DNA of 64,000 bases, from contig JASHPK010000010.1 of the NCBI GenBank assembly GCA_030038095.1, positions 2,309 through 66,308 of the forward strand, read 5' to 3'. Positions within the stretch are counted from its first letter, which is position 1; every line of letters starts with the position of its first letter. Origin of the DNA: Thermoplasmata archaeon. Its GTDB lineage: Archaea > Thermoplasmatota > Thermoplasmata > Lutacidiplasmatales > UBA184. Of the stretch, positions 46,580 through 55,826 are shown piece after piece. Below the pieces are notes generated by a model, which saw nothing but the letters and a program-made list of their open reading frames with translations, made no database searches and had not been told where the DNA came from. The position numbers and the translations under genes were made by a program.

Positions 46580-46628
46580 TCGGTAATCGAGGTAAGTCTA
46601 TTTACCTCGTACCCCCTCGGGGGTCCTG

Positions 46629-47069
46629 ATGGCTGAACTTCCCGGGGGGCTCTACGGGTGCTACCGTTGCGCCTATGTGTGGCGACCCCTTCGACCCCAG
46701 GTACCGAGGATTTGTCCGAGATGCAAGTCTCGCCTCTGGAGCGTGCCCGTGCTCCGGCCCATCCGCCGGGGGACCCGGCGCGGCATCCCCGAAATCCTTG
46801 CGCCGCACCGGGAAGCGATCCTCCGCGCCGCACGCGGTCGGGGGTTCAGCCATGTTCGCGTGTTCGGTTCCGTCCGGCGCGCAGAAGCCACTGCGAAGAG
46901 CGACGTGGACCTGCTGGTGGACCGCTCGGAAGGCACCAGTCTCCTGGAGCGTGCGGCTCTAGAAACGGATCTCGAAGAGATCCTCGGACGTCGCGTCGAC
47001 GTCGTTCCGGAGGAGGCCCTGCACTGGCTGGTTCGCCCGCAGGTTCTCTTTGAGGCGGTCCCGTTGTGA
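46629..47069 (+). CDS. Minimal nucleotidyltransferase (MNT, antitoxin-type) with an N-terminal zinc ribbon
   Basis: CYRC...CPRC zinc ribbon, then the NTase signature GSVRRAEATAKSDVDLLVD (GSx9-13DxD). Confidence 0.7.
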   Translation: MAELPGGLYGCYRCAYVWRPLRPQVPRICPRCKSRLWSVPVLRPIRRGTRRGIPEILAPHREAILRAARGRGFSHVRVFGSVRRAEATAKSDVDLLVDRSEGTSLLERAALETDLEEILGRRVDVVPEEALHWLVRPQVLFEAVPL

Positions 47070-47416
47070 GCGATGACTCCCGGCTCGCGGACGTGCTTGA
47101 GCGGATTGATCGTATCGCTCGAGCGACGCGGGGAGGGAGGTCCGCGTTCATGGGCTCCGAAGTGATTCAGGACGCCGTCATCCGCAACCTCGAGGTGATC
47201 GGCGAAGCCGCCAAGAGCGTCGGTCCGGGGACACGGAAGGACCTCGCCGAGGTGCCGTGGCCCGCGATGGCTCGATTTCGAGACCTCGCCCTCCATCACT
47301 ACGGCCAAGTCTTGGCCGAGGAGGTCTGGGACATCGTGGTGAAGGACCTCCCCTCCCTCCGACGGGCAGTTTCGATCAGGGTCCCCCGGCGGTCCGTTCG
47401 GGCTACTCGATCGTAG
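47066..47416 (+). CDS. HEPN-domain protein (HepT/DUF86-like toxin partner of MNT)
   Basis: Rx4HxY motif (RDLALHHY) near the C-terminus. It is translationally coupled to the MNT gene (ATGA). Confidence 0.65.
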   Translation: MSDDSRLADVLERIDRIARATRGGRSAFMGSEVIQDAVIRNLEVIGEAAKSVGPGTRKDLAEVPWPAMARFRDLALHHYGQVLAEEVWDIVVKDLPSLRRAVSIRVPRRSVRATRS

Positions 47417-47620
47417 ACTCGACCGAGCCGGTCGTCAATCGCTCCTCAAGGGCGCTCCGCCCGCGTTCATTCCTGGACTGCCCGGCTTGCGAAGGCGGAC
47501 AACGCCCGCGGACACGCGTGCGCCTCCGAAGTACGACGGGCCCGAGGCACGCGATCGCGACCTCTCGCCAGATCCGTCGGACACCGGTAAGCGGCACTAT
47601 CTGGCCGCTCCGACAGCGGG

Positions 47621-49477
47621 TCAGACCGAATAGACGCTCACCTCGTACGAGTCGGCGGCCAGGTTGAGGTTGTTCGCAGGGTCGAGCACGAAGATGTAGA
47701 ACTGTTGGAGCTCCCCCGTCGGGTTAGTCAGTGTGACGAATTCGAACGGCCTCCAGCCGACGTACTGATTGGCGGTCGAGAGGTTCTGGATCGCGCCAGC
47801 GAGGGTTCCCTGCGCGCCGAGCGAAGGGACGACGCCGCCGTAGGCAAGGCCGGTCGAGTTGTTCGCGGCCAGGCCATTCCCAATCCCCTCTCCGTCGGCG
47901 AGGAAAGGAACGATCCCCGCGGTCCCGATCCCCGAAGTCGCCCTCGCGAGTCCGTCGGGCGCATAGCCGATGGCGTTAGGATCGCTAGCGACCGCCGCCA
48001 GTAGCGCCGGAGCTCCGATCGCCGTGTCCGGTACGGTGATGTCGCAGTCGGGGAGATATCCAGAAGTCGATCCGCAACCGGTCCAACCAAGCCCAGAATA
48101 GTTGGTCGCCCAGGTCGTTGCGGAGGTGAGCCCCATCAGCCGGGCCTCGAAGGCCTGAGTTGCGCCACTCGTGTCACTTCGAGCGAAGGCGTCGACGACG
48201 TTCGTCGCCGGCTCGGTTGCGTTCCCCCCGGCACAGATTGACCAGCCGCATGGCGTGGGGGTGGTCCCGAACGTTGCGGCGCAGACGTCGTCGGCGTACG
48301 GGGCGTCGCAGGGAGCGCCCCCGGCACCCGCTCCCCCGCTCTCGAGTTGCTCGGTACCGAGCGAGCCCACGGAAGCGCCAGCCACCGCGGCTGGAAGCTC
48401 TCCCCATTCGAGCGGCCCGGAACCGGCGGCCGGATACCCCGAGGGGAGAGGGGCGCCGTTCAGCGTAGCAATCGTCGCATACCCCGTCGTCGTGCTGGCG
48501 TGCTCATAGATCAGGTTCAGGGTGTCGAAATTGAGGCTGAGGAGACCGTGGGGGTTCGAAGCGGGGACGACCACGTCCACCGTGTCGTAGGCGACCGTCG
48601 TAATCGTGATCGTTGTCGCGTACGAGCTCGGGCAGCCATAGGTCGACTCGAGTGCGGCCGCGGTCACTGGGATCGAGGCCATCGCGACGTTGATCTGCCC
48701 CGCGCAGACGGCGAGTAACCCCGCGCCGCTTCCGCCCTGGTTCACGCTGATCACCACGTTTGAGAAGTTCTGCGTGAACCAAGTCGCCGCGAGGCTCGCG
48801 AAGGGGTACACCGAGGTGCTGCCGCCGAGAACGATTTCGGACTGTGTCGGGGGAGGCAGAGTCGAGTTCTGGGCGAACGAAATCGATTCGCTCACGTCGC
48901 GACCTTGAACAAGAACCGTGCCCGACGACGGCGTGGCGGTGCAGTTGGCGGGAGGCTCCACCGAGAACGGATACGACCCATTCGGCTCGATCACCGTGAG
49001 CTGGTCCGAGCTGGTGGCGGGCTGTGATCCCCCGATTTCGAGGGACCATATGGTCCCGGAAGGGAGACCAGTCTCATTGAACGTCACCGAGAACCCGAAG
49101 GCCATGAATGCCAGCACGACCTCGACCGAGGGGGCCGCCACGGTCACCGTCGCGCCCTTGGGGGCGACGTAACCGGGGACCGGGGCCACGGTGTACGGGT
49201 AGGTCCCGGCGGGAAGACGGATCTCAATCGACCCGTTCGAGGAGGTATGGTTCGCGCCATCGAGCGTGACGGACCAGGAGGTGCCGCTCGGTAGGCCGGT
49301 TTCGTCGAAGGTGGTTGGGTACTCGGGGTTCGGTCCCGAGGCGTTCCCCGTGGAGCCCGAGGGCCGAAGGACGAAGTAGCCGGTCAAGGCCGCTACCACG
49401 ACGAGGACCCCGACGACGATCGCCAGGATGAGGAAGAGCGGCAGCCCGGAGCGTCGCGGAGGGGTCAGACTCCCCAT
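47621..49477 (-). CDS. Membrane-anchored surface protein: N-terminal TM anchor, two ~95-aa beta-rich repeats, and a C-terminal PstS-like (phosphate-binding PBP) domain
   Basis: N-terminus LPLFLILAIVVGVLVVVAALTGY. Repeats FDETGLPSGTSWSVTLDG...PYTVAPVPGY and FNETGLPSGTIWSLEIGG...PFSVEPPAN. The PBP domain (GGSTSVYPFASLAATWFTQNFSNVVISVNQGGSGAGLLAVCAGQINVAMASIP) resembles PstS. GC is visibly lower than in flanking genes. Confidence 0.65.
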   Translation of the reverse strand: MGSLTPPRRSGLPLFLILAIVVGVLVVVAALTGYFVLRPSGSTGNASGPNPEYPTTFDETGLPSGTSWSVTLDGANHTSSNGSIEIRLPAGTYPYTVAPVPGYVAPKGATVTVAAPSVEVVLAFMAFGFSVTFNETGLPSGTIWSLEIGGSQPATSSDQLTVIEPNGSYPFSVEPPANCTATPSSGTVLVQGRDVSESISFAQNSTLPPPTQSEIVLGGSTSVYPFASLAATWFTQNFSNVVISVNQGGSGAGLLAVCAGQINVAMASIPVTAAALESTYGCPSSYATTITITTVAYDTVDVVVPASNPHGLLSLNFDTLNLIYEHASTTTGYATIATLNGAPLPSGYPAAGSGPLEWGELPAAVAGASVGSLGTEQLESGGAGAGGAPCDAPYADDVCAATFGTTPTPCGWSICAGGNATEPATNVVDAFARSDTSGATQAFEARLMGLTSATTWATNYSGLGWTGCGSTSGYLPDCDITVPDTAIGAPALLAAVASDPNAIGYAPDGLARATSGIGTAGIVPFLADGEGIGNGLAANNSTGLAYGGVVPSLGAQGTLAGAIQNLSTANQYVGWRPFEFVTLTNPTGELQQFYIFVLDPANNLNLAADSYEVSVYSV

Positions 49478-50082
49478 GGTTCTCCCGGGTTCGCGCGGAT
49501 CGCGAGCTCTTTCGTCCCGTCATTCGGGTCGAGTGGGATAAGCCGCCCCATCATAGTTTTGGTATTCTTCGAACGAATTCGAATGCCGGGGTCATCGCGT
49601 TCGGAGGGCGCGTCGATCCACCACGTCGCTGCTCCCTGGTTCCGCTTCTCGCAGAGAAGTCGAGGATTCGGACCGAAACGTCTGCGCCGGGGCAGGACCA
49701 AGCCCCGGTAGGGCCGTCCGGATCCGACGCATCTCGAACGAAGCAGGACTGTGCCTCCGCCGGATCACACGCCACCCGTCGGAGGCCATCGAGCTTTGTC
49801 GAGCTCGGGTGATCCTCTCGGGTGTGCAAGGGTTCGACCCGCCCTTCATCGCGCGGATGGTGGGCTCTCCGACGAGGGGGTGCGGATCCTCATCCGCGAA
49901 TCCGATCTGTTCCTTCCCGGTCACCGCCCGGGGTCGGACGAGCCGGGGGCCCTACTGGGCTGCGAGCTCCCTCGGCCTCGAGCTAAGCGATCGCGCCTAG
50001 ATCGGTCGACTGGCGAAGGGAATCGAACGCTCAACCCATGCCCTTCCACGGCTTCTCATCGCCGTCCCCTCCAGAGCCCGTC

Positions 50083-50496
50083 TCAAGGGTGGCTCGCGCC
50101 ATTCGGGGGCCGGTGGAGGCGAGAGTAGGACCAAAGACTTGTCCCAGTGACGGCGAGACCTAGGCCCACGTACGCGACCGTAACGCTCCACGGGAGTCCG
50201 CCTCCCACCTCGAGAGAGGGGTGCATGCTGATCACTAAGCGCAGCGTCACGCCCACGGCCCCGAGAATCGCGGCTCCGAGGTAGCTCCACTTCCGATTTT
50301 TTCGTTCGAAGTGCAGGAACGTGACGGTCAAGCCGACGATGGGCACCACAGCCGCTGACGCGAGGACTCTGACCGAGTAGGATCCGGACAGCAGCGTGAT
50401 CGCTAAGGTTCCGAGTACCGCGAGCAGGAAGAGGAAGAGGGTCCAGAACGCGGCTTGCGGCACGACGTCCGAACGCCGGCGGGTTTCGGCCTCCAT
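50083..50496 (-). CDS. Small 4-TM membrane protein, hypothetical
   Basis: 137 aa with four hydrophobic segments and moderate GC3. It lies at the edge of the lower-GC segment. Confidence 0.4.
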   Translation of the reverse strand: MEAETRRRSDVVPQAAFWTLFLFLLAVLGTLAITLLSGSYSVRVLASAAVVPIVGLTVTFLHFERKNRKWSYLGAAILGAVGVTLRLVISMHPSLEVGGGLPWSVTVAYVGLGLAVTGTSLWSYSRLHRPPNGASHP

Positions 50497-50666
50497 CCAT
50501 CCCCTCCTTCCCTAGCTAGAGGGGTTGCCTAAAAGTACGCAGAGTCACGGACCGAGAGTCGGACCAGATTGGGAGCCACCTTGAACGTACAGGGGCAGGA
50601 ACATAGCACCGAACCCTTGGTCCACTTCCCTCCCGCCGACTTCCGATTTCGGGAGAAGATCTTCGC

Positions 50667-51116
50667 TCAACGCCGCCGTGCGGAGCGCGGGCTCAAACGG
50701 ATCCGCTCCGCGAGGGCCGCGAGCTCCGGGATCGAAGCCGCGCCCTCCGGAGGTGGATGCCACCATGGATCGAACCCCCTCGCGAGGCGACGACCCCTCG
50801 GGATGACGTGCACGTGGAGGTGCGGATACTTCCGGTCCGGCCGCGTCCAGCTCCCACAGTAGATGTACTCGCCGCGATGGCCGAGCGACCTGCGCAGTTG
50901 CTCGACGACTCTCAGCGTGAGCCGACCGATCGCTAACCACTCCGTCTCGGGGATCGTGGAGAGGTCCGAAAAGTGCCTCCTCGGAAAAATGACCGTGTGT
51001 CCGCGGCTCGCGGGATCCACCGAGAGCAGGGCGATGGCCCTCGGCGACTCGGCAATCCGGTGCGGCGTCCGCGTACGATCCGCGGCGAGCTCGCAGAAGA
51101 GGCACCCGCGCGGCAT
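50667..51116 (-). CDS. HIT-family (histidine triad) nucleotide hydrolase/transferase
   Basis: HLHVHVIP histidine triad. N-terminal CLFC zinc-binding motif. Confidence 0.75.
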   Translation of the reverse strand: MPRGCLFCELAADRTRTPHRIAESPRAIALLSVDPASRGHTVIFPRRHFSDLSTIPETEWLAIGRLTLRVVEQLRRSLGHRGEYIYCGSWTRPDRKYPHLHVHVIPRGRRLARGFDPWWHPPPEGAASIPELAALAERIRLSPRSARRR

Positions 51117-51406
51117 GAGCCGGGCATCGTCGAGTCGGGCATAAGCGGAACCGACGGGTGCCCCTCGACTCGACCGGCCCCCATCCCGGGTTCCCGCTCT
51201 AGAGGTGGGCCGGGGTTCGAGGATCCGCGCCCAGAGATGGCCTCCGAGAGGCCCCGATCGCCGATGAGGGATTCTTCGCCCGTTCGTCCGGCCCCCGGGT
51301 TATTCGTCGGGCTCCGGCGAACCCGCCCGGTGACCCTACCCTTGAGGTCAAATCCTCCCCTCGACGTGCGGGGAGCGTCCTACAGGTCCGACTCTAGAGT
51401 TGTACC

Positions 51407-52063
51407 ATGAGCGCCGCCGGCCCGACGCACGTCGATCCCTCGGTCCGCTGGGGCGCGGTGATGATCGGGGTCGGGGTCGCGCAGTTCGTCGTAGCGATGG
51501 CCGTGGTCCAGACCCGCTACGCGGGGTACTCCCTCCTCCAGAACTACGTCAGCGACCTCGGCAATACCTCCACCTCGCCCCTCCATGTCGTCTTCAACGT
51601 CTCGATCATCCTGCTCGGGGTCCTCGCGTTCGTGGGGATCGGATTTGCCTGGAGCGGTTTCCCCCGCGGCGGGGCCCGGGCGGTCGGGCTGCTGCTGCTC
51701 CTCGTCGCGAGCGTCGCCGCCATCCTCGTCGGAGTCTTTCCCGAGAACGTCAACCCGCCGGTCCACGACCTCGTCTCGCTCCTCGTCTTCCTTCCGGGCG
51801 GCCTCGGCCTCGTGATCATCGCGGTCCCGATGCGGACGGGCACGCACTGGGCCGCCTACCGGGAGTTTTCGGCCGCTCTGGGCGCGGTGACCCTCGTGGC
51901 CCTCGCCTACTACGTCCCGACCCAAGCCGCGAACACGACGTGGGATCCGGGTCTCATCGAGCGGCTCATCATCGCTCCCATCCTGATCTGGGCCTTCGTC
52001 GTGAGCGTCCACCTGGGCCGGCTCCCTCGCTTCTCGCGTTTTCACCCTCCGGGCGGCGGCTGA
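51407..52063 (+). CDS. Membrane protein, DUF998-like (6 TM)
   Basis: 218 aa, hydrophobic throughout, high GC3. Confidence 0.45.
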   Translation: MSAAGPTHVDPSVRWGAVMIGVGVAQFVVAMAVVQTRYAGYSLLQNYVSDLGNTSTSPLHVVFNVSIILLGVLAFVGIGFAWSGFPRGGARAVGLLLLLVASVAAILVGVFPENVNPPVHDLVSLLVFLPGGLGLVIIAVPMRTGTHWAAYREFSAALGAVTLVALAYYVPTQAANTTWDPGLIERLIIAPILIWAFVVSVHLGRLPRFSRFHPPGGG

Positions 52064-52139
52064 GCGAGAGGTATCTTGGACTTCCGAGGCCGCCGGAGCC
52101 GGTGGCTGGAGTGGACTCGAGACCCGCGGTGAATCTTCG

Positions 52140-52715
52140 TTGACGCCGGCTACAAGTAGCGAGGCGCCGGTGGGAATCTTGGTGAGTTCCGTGACCGGTC
52201 CCGGACTTCCCGGCATGCCGGCCCCCGTGCCCACGGGGGGACCCGCTCCTCCACCCGCGAACGTTGGTCAGACCTACCAGTACTCGGGCCTCGTCGTCCG
52301 CTTCATCGCGGCGCTCATCGACCTCGTCATCCTGATCGTCTTTGCGGTGGTCATCGCGATCCCGTTCGGCATCCTCGCCTGGTCGGCGCACTACTGGACC
52401 GGGGGAGTCGGCCCGTGGGTCGCCCTCATCTGGGGTCCGTTCGCGGTGGTGGTCTTCGTCCTCTGGGTCGCGTACTTCACGTACCTCGAGTCCTCGAACG
52501 GTCAGACGTTCGGAAAGCGCGCGGTCGACCTCAAGGTCGTCAGCCTCCCGACCGGAAGGCCGCCCGACGTCGCGCACGCGCTCGTGCGGAACGTGGTTCG
52601 GATCATCGACTGGCTCCCGTTCCTCTACCTGATCGGCTTCTTGGTGGCCCTCGTCACGCCGCGGAAGCAGCGCCTCGGGGACATCCTCGCGAACACGGCC
52701 GTGGTGCACGCCTAG
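52140..52715 (+). CDS. RDD-family membrane protein
   Basis: RDD signature residues in GQTFGKRAVDLKVV and RKQRLGDILANTAVV. The true start is probably internal (MPAPVP...). Confidence 0.55.
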   Translation: MTPATSSEAPVGILVSSVTGPGLPGMPAPVPTGGPAPPPANVGQTYQYSGLVVRFIAALIDLVILIVFAVVIAIPFGILAWSAHYWTGGVGPWVALIWGPFAVVVFVLWVAYFTYLESSNGQTFGKRAVDLKVVSLPTGRPPDVAHALVRNVVRIIDWLPFLYLIGFLVALVTPRKQRLGDILANTAVVHA

Positions 52716-52821
52716 ATCCCTCAGGGGTACTTCCGGGGTCCACTCCGTCGCCGCCGAGACGTTCGGCCGTCAGTGGGGCTGAACGGGATTTCTAAATACG
52801 CCGCGCCGCTCAGAGGGCAGC

Positions 52822-54207
52822 GTGCCTCCTTCTTTCGCCGACGAGCATTCGCCGGTCGAGCCGTACCGGATCAAGGTCGTCGAGGCGATCTCCCTGCTCG
52901 GCCGCGAGGAGCGGGAGCGCGCGCTCGAGCGCGCCGGCTTTAACCCGTTCAACCTCCTCTCGGAGGAGGTCTACATCGATCTCCTCACCGATTCCGGCAC
53001 GAGCGCGATGAGCGACCGGCAATGGGCCGGCCTCATGGTGGGCGATGAGGCGTACGCCGGGAGCCGGAACTTCCTCCGGTTCGAGGCGACCGTCCGCCGT
53101 CTGACCGGGTTCCCTCATGTGATCCCGGCCCACCAGGGTCGGGCCGCCGAGCACCTGGTGCTCTCGTTGCTCGCCCACCCCGGGGACGTCGTGCCGAACA
53201 ACATGCACTTCGACACGACCCGCACCCACGTCCAGCGGGTCGGAGCGAAGCCGGTCGACCTCGCGATCCCCGAGGCGTACGACTGCGAGAACCCCCACCC
53301 GTTCAAGGGGGACATGGACACGGATCGGCTCACCCGACTGCTCGACGACCGGTCGGCCGCGGTTCCGCTCGTGATGATGACCCTCACGAACAACACGGGC
53401 GGCGGTCAGCCGGTCTCCCTCGCGAACCTCCGCGAGGTATCCCGGATCGCCCACGCGCGCGGGATCCCGCTGTATCTCGACATGTGCCGGTGGGCGGAGA
53501 ACGCCTACTTCATCCGGACCCGGGAGCCCGGGATGAGCCAGCGCAGCGTTCGCGAGATCGGACGGGAATGCTTCGACCTGGCCGACGGGGCGACGATGAG
53601 CGCGAAGAAGGACGGGCTCGTCAACATCGGCGGCTTCGTCGCGACGCGCGACGCGAAGCTCGCCGCCCGGATCAAGGAGGAGCTGATCGTCTTCGAGGGG
53701 TTCCCGACCTACGGCGGTCTCGCCCGACGCGATCTCGAGGCGATGGCGATCGGGCTCGAGGAGGCCTCCGACGAGCGGTACCTCGAGCATCGGACCGGGC
53801 AGGTGCGCTTCCTGGCCGGCCTGCTGACGGCGAGCGGCGTGCCGATCATGGCCCCGCCGGGGGGCCACGGGGTCTATCTCGACGTCCGGCGATTCCTCCC
53901 CCACCTCGACGCCCGGCACCTGCCGGGCCAGGCGCTGGTGGTCGAGCTCTACCGCGAAGGAGGAATCCGCGCGGTCGAGGTCGGCGCGATCATGTTCGGC
54001 GACGGGGAGGAGGTCGCCGACCAAGGGCTCGAGCTCGTCCGCCTTGCGATCCCGCGACGCGTGTACACCGAGAGCCACCTGCGGTACGTCGCCAGCGTGG
54101 TGCGGCACGTCTGGGAACGACGGGATTCCGTGCGCGGGTTCACCATGGTCGAGGCCCCGGAGCACCTGCGCCACTTCACGGCGCGGTTCGCTCCGAGCGC
54201 GGATTGA
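52822..54207 (+). CDS. tnaA: Tryptophanase / tyrosine phenol-lyase (beta-eliminating lyase family)
   Basis: N-terminal PYRIKVVE, PLP-lysine context SAKKDGLVNIGG, 461 aa. A TATA-like TTCTAAATA lies about 30 nt upstream. Confidence 0.85.
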   Translation: MPPSFADEHSPVEPYRIKVVEAISLLGREERERALERAGFNPFNLLSEEVYIDLLTDSGTSAMSDRQWAGLMVGDEAYAGSRNFLRFEATVRRLTGFPHVIPAHQGRAAEHLVLSLLAHPGDVVPNNMHFDTTRTHVQRVGAKPVDLAIPEAYDCENPHPFKGDMDTDRLTRLLDDRSAAVPLVMMTLTNNTGGGQPVSLANLREVSRIAHARGIPLYLDMCRWAENAYFIRTREPGMSQRSVREIGRECFDLADGATMSAKKDGLVNIGGFVATRDAKLAARIKEELIVFEGFPTYGGLARRDLEAMAIGLEEASDERYLEHRTGQVRFLAGLLTASGVPIMAPPGGHGVYLDVRRFLPHLDARHLPGQALVVELYREGGIRAVEVGAIMFGDGEEVADQGLELVRLAIPRRVYTESHLRYVASVVRHVWERRDSVRGFTMVEAPEHLRHFTARFAPSAD

Positions 54208-54256
54208 CCGGCCGTCGCCCGGGACCGCGCTCCGCGGGCCGGGGCGCTCGCCGATC

Positions 54257-54718
54257 CTAGTTCTCCCGAGCCCGGGCCCGGGGGGACGGCCGGACGACGA
54301 GGACGGAACAGCGGGCGTGGTGGAGGATCCCGTCCGAGACGCTCCCGAGGAAGAACCGCCCCGCTCCCGAGAGGCCCCGCGAGCCGACCACGAGGAGGTC
54401 GGGCGGGTGCTTGTCGATCTCCGCGAGGACCCGGTCGACCGGGTCCCCCTCGAGGAGCTCGGTCTCGACCTTCCCGAGGCCTCCCTCCTTCTCGAGCCGG
54501 GCCCTCACCTCCGCTTGCGTCGCTTTCGCCTTCTGGACCGTCGAGTCGATATCGGGCCCGGGAGGGAGCTCAATGCCGTAGGCGCCCGCGACGATCGGGA
54601 TCACCGTGACGACCTTCAGCGTCGCGTGCGAGAGGCGGGCGATCTCGATCGCCGCCTCGAGGGCGTTCTGGGCGGGCGCGGTCCCATCGTAGGCCACGAC
54701 GATCGATTGGAGCGTCAT
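54257..54718 (-). CDS. Universal stress protein (UspA family)
   Basis: IVVAYDGT N-terminus and C-terminal ATP-binding GSRGLSGAGRFFLGSVS. The start was set at MTLQSIVV; the upstream 62 codons are Pro/Arg-rich. Confidence 0.75.
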   Translation of the reverse strand: MTLQSIVVAYDGTAPAQNALEAAIEIARLSHATLKVVTVIPIVAGAYGIELPPGPDIDSTVQKAKATQAEVRARLEKEGGLGKVETELLEGDPVDRVLAEIDKHPPDLLVVGSRGLSGAGRFFLGSVSDGILHHARCSVLVVRPSPRARAREN

Positions 54719-54851
54719 CGCCCCTCCCCCATGTCGAGCAGAGGGATATCCGTTGGGTGGGGCGCGCGGGACCCCTCCCGGACGCCGCCCCGGTGCCGCC
54801 GGGTCCCCCGACGAGCGTAGGGGATAAGGGGAGGGTCTCGGTCCGGGGGGC

Positions 54852-55826
54852 GTGAAGGCCCTCGTACTGATCGGAGGCTTCGGCACCCGGCTCCGACCGG
54901 TCACCTACACGGTCCCCAAGCAACTGATCCCGATCGCCGGGAAGCCGATGCTCTACCACGTCTTCGACCTCTTCCCCCCGGAGCTCGAAGAGGTCGTGCT
55001 CGCGACGGGGTACAAGGCCGACCAGATCGCCGAGTACGTCCGCACCCATCCGGGGCGCTGGCCGATCCGCACCGTCCCCGAGGCCGAGCCCCTCGGCACG
55101 GGCGGGGGGATGAAGAACGCCGGCGACGGGATGTCGGATCCGTTCCTCCTGTTCAACTCGGACGTGATCGCCTCGGTGGACGTCGACGCGATGGTCCGCG
55201 AGCACCTCCGCCACGGGGGGGTCGGCAGCATGGCGCTCTTCGAGGTCGAGGACGTCCGGCCCTACGGCGTCGCGGACCTCACCCCCGAGGACCGGATCAT
55301 CCGCTTCGTCGAGAAACCCGAGCCCGAGGCCGCGCCTTCCCACTGGATCAACGCCGGGATCGCGCTGTGGAGCCGCCGGGTCCTCGACGGGATCCCACCC
55401 GGTCGCGCGGTGAGCTTCGAGCGGGAGATCGTCCCCGGCCTCCTCGCGGAGGGGGTCTACGGTTTCCGGCTCCGGGGGTATTGGGACGATGCCGGGTCTC
55501 CCGATCGCCTCCTGAACGCCCAACGGTTGCTCTTCGACGCGGGTCGGGGGGGAAAGGGCGGCGTGCCCGCCGGGGCGTTCGGCTCGGGCCCGGTCGCCGT
55601 TATGCCCGGGGCGCGGGCCCCGGGCGCCTCGTTCGGAAAGTACGTGACCCTCGGCCCGGGGGCGACCGTCGAGGCCGGCGCGCACGTCGAGAACTCGATC
55701 CTGATGGACGGGGTCCACGTGGAACGCGGGGCCACGATCTCGAACAGCCTCCTCGGGCCCAAGGTCCGGGTCCGCTCCGGCCACCGCGTGGCCGCTCAGG
55801 TCGTCGGGGAAGGGGTCGAGGTCTAG
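54852..55826 (+). CDS. Sugar-1-phosphate nucleotidylyltransferase (NDP-sugar pyrophosphorylase) with C-terminal left-handed beta-helix
   Basis: LIGGFGTRLRPVT signature and hexapeptide repeats in the C-terminal third. GTG start. Confidence 0.8.
   Translation: MKALVLIGGFGTRLRPVTYTVPKQLIPIAGKPMLYHVFDLFPPELEEVVLATGYKADQIAEYVRTHPGRWPIRTVPEAEPLGTGGGMKNAGDGMSDPFLLFNSDVIASVDVDAMVREHLRHGGVGSMALFEVEDVRPYGVADLTPEDRIIRFVEKPEPEAAPSHWINAGIALWSRRVLDGIPPGRAVSFEREIVPGLLAEGVYGFRLRGYWDDAGSPDRLLNAQRLLFDAGRGGKGGVPAGAFGSGPVAVMPGARAPGASFGKYVTLGPGATVEAGAHVENSILMDGVHVERGATISNSLLGPKVRVRSGHRVAAQVVGEGVEV

Noticed and set aside
47705-49049. Small ORFs inside the surface-protein gene on either strand
   Set aside because: They are short, lack coding bias, and are nested inside a large coherent ORF with domain structure.
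46507-50060. Possible attL/attR direct repeat of the tRNA-Cys 3' end delimiting an integrated element
   Set aside because: By eye I found only a T-loop-like fragment (GTTCGATTCCCT) near 50030, and it is on the opposite strand. That is insufficient for an att site, so the segment is reported only as a compositional islet pending a computational repeat search.
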